The notes under the pieces: model-generated
The model's input: only the letters and a program-made list of their open reading frames with translations
Databases searched by the model: none
What the model was told of the DNA's origin: nothing
Shown here: in pieces, positions 26,162 to 30,761 of the stretch
Position numbering within the stretch: position 1 is the stretch's first letter
Layout: each line of letters opens with the position of its first letter
Position numbers and translations under genes: made by a program
NCBI GenBank assembly: GCA_964534625.1
Contig: CAZHRF010000038.1
Span: 1 to 30,761 of the forward strand
DNA length: 30,761 nucleotides
Reading direction: 5' to 3'
Source of the DNA: an uncultured archaeon
Lineage (GTDB): Archaea; Asgardarchaeota; Heimdallarchaeia; Heimdallarchaeales; Heimdallarchaeaceae

Positions 26162-27511
26162 ATGAAAAAGACTCCCAAATATAAAGCATATGGATTAAAA
26201 TCATTAGATAAAATTGCTAATAAGTATGGGATATCAGAGACTGATTTACCCGAGATCAAACTTTGTGGGCAGATTTTACCTTTCAAAACCAATAATTATG
26301 TTCTCGAACAGCTTATCAACTGGCAAAATTACAGAGAAGACCCTATGTTTAAGTTAAATTTTTTAAATAGCCAAATGCTTTCAAAAGAGCATTATAATAA
26401 AATTAAAACGCTTATTGATCAAAAGGCATCAAAAAAAGAGATCCAACAAGTTGCTACTTCTATAAGAAAGGAACTGAATCCTCATCCCGCTGGTCAAAAA
26501 GATTACAATACCCCCAGTTTCCAAGGTCAGAAATTAGAAGGGATCCAACATAAGTATCGAGAGACTATACTCCTGTTCCCTTCACCAGGGCAAACATGTC
26601 ATGCCTATTGCACGTACTGTTTTAGATGGCCGCAATTTTTAGGCAAGGATTTACACAAATTTTCTTTTCCTGCTAAAAAGATGGACTTACTCGTCGAATA
26701 CATACAAACAAATGAAGGAATTAAAGATGTTCTTATCACAGGTGGAGACCCGCTGGTTATGAAAACCAAAATTCTTTCAAAATTTATTAAACCACTTATA
26801 GATGCAGATATTAAACATCTTAGGACTATAAGAATAGGGACAAAGAGTCTTTCATATTGGCCTTATAGATTTTTAACTGATAAAGACTCAGAAAAATTGC
26901 TTTCGTTGCTGGAGTTTATTGTAGATAACAAAAAACATTTGGCTATAATGGCACATTTCACCCATTATAAAGAATTACGCACAGAAGCACTAAGACAAGC
27001 TGCTGAAAAACTTGTCAAGAGTGGAGCGGTAATAAGAACCCAAGCACCAATACTAAAAGATATTAACGATGACGCCCAGACATGGATTAAAATGATTAAT
27101 GAACAAGTAAAAATAGGCATGATTCCTTATTATATGTTCGTTCCACGAAATACTGGAGCTGATATTTATTTTAAAATCCCTCTAATTAAAGCATGGAAGA
27201 TCTATTTAGAAGCGTATAGAACATTTAGTGGATTGGGAAGAACCTTACGGGGACCAGTAATGTCTTGTAATCCGGGTAAAGTATTAATGTTAGGTAAAAC
27301 AACTATTGAGAATGAAAAGGCAATAGCGTTAAAGTTTATTCAGGGTAGGAATCCTAGATGGGTAAACAAAATCTTTTACGCAAAGTACAATGATAAAGCC
27401 ACATGGATAGATCAATTAACACCACTTAGAAAATCATTCTTTTATGAGAAAGAATTATTTAAATATTCAAGACCATACAATGAGATAAAAAAAATAAAGA
27501 AAGAAAAATAA
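26162..27511 (+). CDS. KamA-family radical SAM aminomutase
   Basis: HKY, CHAYCTYCFRW (CxxxCxxC), VLITGGDPL, IRIGTK and PYY motifs; candidate PLP lysine in SCNPGKV. Confidence 0.88.
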   Translation: MKKTPKYKAYGLKSLDKIANKYGISETDLPEIKLCGQILPFKTNNYVLEQLINWQNYREDPMFKLNFLNSQMLSKEHYNKIKTLIDQKASKKEIQQVATSIRKELNPHPAGQKDYNTPSFQGQKLEGIQHKYRETILLFPSPGQTCHAYCTYCFRWPQFLGKDLHKFSFPAKKMDLLVEYIQTNEGIKDVLITGGDPLVMKTKILSKFIKPLIDADIKHLRTIRIGTKSLSYWPYRFLTDKDSEKLLSLLEFIVDNKKHLAIMAHFTHYKELRTEALRQAAEKLVKSGAVIRTQAPILKDINDDAQTWIKMINEQVKIGMIPYYMFVPRNTGADIYFKIPLIKAWKIYLEAYRTFSGLGRTLRGPVMSCNPGKVLMLGKTTIENEKAIALKFIQGRNPRWVNKIFYAKYNDKATWIDQLTPLRKSFFYEKELFKYSRPYNEIKKIKKEK

Positions 27512-27597
27512 CACACTCTTATTTTTCTATTTTCCAATGAATTCTTGATTCAAGAATGTAACTTCTTGTCGCTTTTTTCTATTCTATTTGGGTTGAC

Positions 27598-27720
27598 ATG
27601 AACTACCACTGCCTAAAGGCAGATGGTTTCTTGTTTCAACGAAGTTGCCTCAAAATGAGGGCTTACCTCTTCTCCACAAGCGTAAGTTCCCGTAGTACCT
27701 ACGGTACAATGTTCTAGTAC
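27598..27720 (-). ncRNA. TnpB-type omega-RNA (reRNA) scaffold
   Basis: ACCGTAGGTACTACGGGAACTTACGCTTGTGGAGAAGAGG...CTTCGTTGAAACAAGAA plus right-end hairpin; reads TVGTTGTYACGE...SLKQE, the usual overlapping TnpB tail. Confidence 0.75.
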
Positions 27721-27986
27721 ACACAACGTACCGACTCTACATCGGAAGTCCTCAATACTCTTACTTAGGTCGATACATATACCCATTATCGTTGTTTAAT
27801 GTGTAGCCCTATCTTCTACTTCCATCTTTTTCTTTTTGTTTCGTACCACTCTTGGTTTTCGAGATGGTACCAAGACACGTACACAAAGACAGCATACTTA
27901 CAAAATGTTTGTATGCTAAAACGTGTATTGTTTTTTCTTCTTTTCATCCCCGCCCTCAAGGACGGGGTTTTCAAGAAGACGTTCAC
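27598..27986 (-). mobile_element. 389-bp non-autonomous IS200/IS605 element (both ends, no tnpA or tnpB)
   Basis: Left end TTAT|GTGAACGTCTTCTTG-AAAA-CCCCGTCCTTGAGGGCGGGG; right end GAAA-CCATCTGCCTTTAGGCAGTGG-TAGT-TCAT. Both guide/cleavage tetranucleotide pairs obey the IS608 pairing rule. Confidence 0.85.
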
Positions 27987-28433
27987 ATAAAAAAAATATT
28001 TATACAAAAACAGTTTAATTTTTGCATATACAAAGACTGCATATTTAGTTTGCAAATTTTGCATTTGTATTCCATGAGTCCCAGGGTCAATAGTACAATG
28101 AACCCGCTTACTGGCGTTAAGATCTTATTATTTAGCCTTGTCCATATCATCTGTGCTTCTATCGCCACAGGACCATTACGTACTTTTGTTCCTGGATTCT
28201 TCTCGTATACTCCTTGACTACAGGTACATCATGTTCCTCTTCGTCACGTTGCCAGTTGGGTGAAGTGCTACATTTTTAGAAAAGTTCCTAAAACTGCCTA
28301 AAAAAACTCATCGCAAGAAGAACTTGATCTTTACAATTTTTTCTAATTAGTCAAATTCAAAATATATTAAAAAAGTAATCTTAGTCTAATTTTTTTAGAG
28401 AATCTTTAAATTTGTTTAGAGAAAACGTTAATC

Positions 28434-28766
28434 ATGTCAGACAAATATATTACCGTCGAAGTTAGTAAAAAAACAGCAAAAATAGCCAAAACTATTATGA
28501 TTGTGGGCCTCATTATTGGTATCCTTATGATGCTTATTTCGGGTATTTTCTTCGCAAGCGGAGATTATGATACTGCTAATATAACAATTATCATATCTGT
28601 CGGGTTTATTTTTCTCGGGTTATTGATCTACATGTTCATAGTAGGTATTGCTAGTATGAAGCGAACAATGGGAAAAAAGAAACTAAATCAAACAGCCTTA
28701 CGTATAATTGCCATGGTAGCTGGATCTTTATTATTGTTAGTGATTTTAGTTGCTATTCTATCTTAA
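28434..28766 (+). CDS. Small 3-TM hypothetical membrane protein
   Basis: 110-aa ORF with three hydrophobic segments followed by a T-rich tract. Confidence 0.75.
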   Translation: MSDKYITVEVSKKTAKIAKTIMIVGLIIGILMMLISGIFFASGDYDTANITIIISVGFIFLGLLIYMFIVGIASMKRTMGKKKLNQTALRIIAMVAGSLLLLVILVAILS

Positions 28767-28888
28767 TTTCTATTGAATAATTTTTTTTAGATTAATTTAT
28801 TCTTTTCATATAGTTGTATTAGACATCATAGAATTGAGGATTAAAAAAATATAACTCCCATAACATTTAGAAAAGCAAAAATAAAAAG

Positions 28889-30532
28889 TTAAAAAAAAGA
28901 GCAAGAAAACCTCTTCCTTATTTTTTTATATGTATAAGGGAGAGCAGCCACTCCTAGATACAAAAGAATGAAAACAAAGGATGTAAAAGGGATACGAAAA
29001 GGGAACAAACCCTTAGGACGGATAACAAAACCGAAAACGGAACTATCAAAGATACGTCCTGTCGTATCCACCACACTAACATAGTAAAGGATGATTGACC
29101 GTTCAGGAAAAGGACCAAGAGTAACAGAATACGCATTTCCATCACCGCTCATAGGTGAGTGCTGCCAAGCGTCTTGTTCCCCTATAACTCTATGCATGAG
29201 CACAACCTGGTCAACCGTGATTGGGTCTTTAATTGTAACCGCAATGGTTATCTCATCTCCAAGAACAGGCATCTCGGGCGTATAGTCCATTGTACTCAGA
29301 ATAGAATCGATAACCGCATCTAATGGATATAAGTCTTTTGAACCTATATTTCCATCAATAGCATATGTCCCTTTCCCATCATAATCTGACCAGTAATTTC
29401 CTTCTTGTACTGTTTCGTTATACCAGGAGTTATTCTGATCCACCTCTTTAAACACATATTCATGTCCTTGTGAATTTTCTCCTCCATTACCAATAAAGTT
29501 GTTAGCATAGATGATTGTATTAGCTGTATTATCCAATTTCAATCCGTATTTGGTGTTACTCAAGATATTATTATATGCAATAACAGGTGTTTTTCCTCCT
29601 TCATTTATTCCTAACATTATCCCTCGGTCGTGACTATTTATGATTGTATTATTGGTAATAGACATATGCTCATATAGTACATAACTGGACCAACTAATCC
29701 ATCCACCAATAACCACATTATTGGTAATAGCGATAAAGAGACAATAAGCTGATTCAATTCCTGCAATCTCAACATGGAGAAAATTATGTGTGATAGTAAC
29801 AGATTCTCCATCGGAGATTAGAATCCCAGCTTCACTATCTGTTATAGTATTATTATTGATGATTAAAATAGTAAACCACTCGATATATATACCAGCAAAA
29901 CTGTGAGTGATCATATTATCAAAAACAAACACAGAATCAACACTCACACATCGAATAGCATCAATATTTTCATCGATAACATTATTGACTATACGTATTT
30001 CAATATGTGAATGCCAAACAGTGATCCCTCTGACGTTTCCTATAATAGTATTATTTGTTATATATGCTGATCCTTTCGTAATATTATTCAAGTGAATACC
30101 GTGATAGTCATAGTCAGAATGTCTCGCTGTCTGTGTCTGGAGATAACAATCAGAGATCACAAAGTGAACAGTGGTATTGGCGATATAAACAGCATTCCGT
30201 TGATTCGTTGTTATATTCAACTCTTCAATAAGATAGGGGGCGTCTTCTGTTCCTGTACCGTTAAACCCATACATAACAAAGTCTTCGTCAGAGGTAATGT
30301 TTATAGGAGCATGAGGTTTATATGGTTGTTTTTCTTGTGGTAAATAAGTGGAAGCGGAATATTCGCCATGAGAGGGTATACCCTCGGGTATTGGTTCGTT
30401 TGGTTGATATAGTGCGGTCGCTTCTTGGTGGAGAATTAAATGTGGATTAAGACATACTCCACATATGATCAAAAATATACCAACTAGTACTAATGTAATT
30501 TTTTTATATTTTCGTATTATAGATTTATTCAT
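28889..30532 (-). CDS. Cell-surface right-handed beta-helix (NosD-like) protein with Ig-like domain and C-terminal anchor
   Basis: Signal peptide, HAPINI...GTGTEDAPYLIE cap, ITNNTI repeats, GNYWSDY...D.YPL and C-terminal TM; ATG 30532 follows a GAGGTGG RBS. Confidence 0.85.
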   Translation of the reverse strand: MNKSIIRKYKKITLVLVGIFLIICGVCLNPHLILHQEATALYQPNEPIPEGIPSHGEYSASTYLPQEKQPYKPHAPINITSDEDFVMYGFNGTGTEDAPYLIEELNITTNQRNAVYIANTTVHFVISDCYLQTQTARHSDYDYHGIHLNNITKGSAYITNNTIIGNVRGITVWHSHIEIRIVNNVIDENIDAIRCVSVDSVFVFDNMITHSFAGIYIEWFTILIINNNTITDSEAGILISDGESVTITHNFLHVEIAGIESAYCLFIAITNNVVIGGWISWSSYVLYEHMSITNNTIINSHDRGIMLGINEGGKTPVIAYNNILSNTKYGLKLDNTANTIIYANNFIGNGGENSQGHEYVFKEVDQNNSWYNETVQEGNYWSDYDGKGTYAIDGNIGSKDLYPLDAVIDSILSTMDYTPEMPVLGDEITIAVTIKDPITVDQVVLMHRVIGEQDAWQHSPMSGDGNAYSVTLGPFPERSIILYYVSVVDTTGRIFDSSVFGFVIRPKGLFPFRIPFTSFVFILLYLGVAALPYTYKKIRKRFSCSFF

Positions 30533-30546
30533 GTATCTCCACCTCG

Positions 30547-30761
30547 TCAATTATTTGTCCACCATCTATTGTTAATGTCTTTGGTCATCCCACTCTTATC
30601 ATCGCCTATATCCTCGGGCAACCAGTTATAAAGTTGAAACCAAGCTTTATCTGCACCAATTTGTTTGATCAACAATTCAGCATCCCCTAATGTTCCATAC
30701 CACACCCCACTATTTGGATAGGTCATTATACTCACATCACCCCAATCAGTTACATACCAAT
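30547..30761 (-). CDS. 3' end of a hypothetical protein, cut by the window edge
   Basis: Frame open from the window end (WYVTDWGDVSIMTYP...RWWTNN*), just upstream of the beta-helix gene. Confidence 0.6.
   Translation of the reverse strand, partial: WYVTDWGDVSIMTYPNSGVWYGTLGDAELLIKQIGADKAWFQLYNWLPEDIGDDKSGMTKDINNRWWTNN

Noticed and set aside
27816-28064. tnpA relic (YHL...W..TK.KR) in the minus ORF
   Set aside because: Weak resemblance, no HUH motif, and the ORF crosses the element boundary.
28075-28260. Fragment of an anchored surface-protein gene on the minus strand
   Set aside because: Needs a frameshift and has no start or clear family motif.

Overview
AT-rich archaeal chromosomal window. 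GGTGA-type ribosome binding sites, an Arf-family small GTPase, a longin-like protein and an LRR protein point to an Asgard archaeon, possibly Heimdallarchaeia (inference). Coding content: a degenerate CPBP membrane protein, a 5'-truncated CopB-type P1B ATPase, an EamA transporter, a double-length (tandem-fused) UvrA, a longin / FIST-like / small partner / Arf cluster, an orphan CcrM/M.HinfI-like methyltransferase, PolX-PHP, an LRR protein, a GalT-like HIT enzyme, a decaying nucleotidyltransferase TA-like pair, glutamate dehydrogenase, a DEAD-box helicase, a KamA-family radical SAM enzyme and a beta-helix surface protein. The most distinctive signal is non-coding: four transposase-less IS200/IS605 derivatives. 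They are a 389-bp element with both ends and a TnpB-type omega-RNA, a second orphan omega-RNA that supplies a host stop codon, and two 44-47-bp single-hairpin mini-elements that appear to carry left- and right-end signals on one hairpin. Two ~45-bp pieces of coding sequence are also copied into nearby intergenic regions. No rRNA, tRNA or CRISPR array was recognised.
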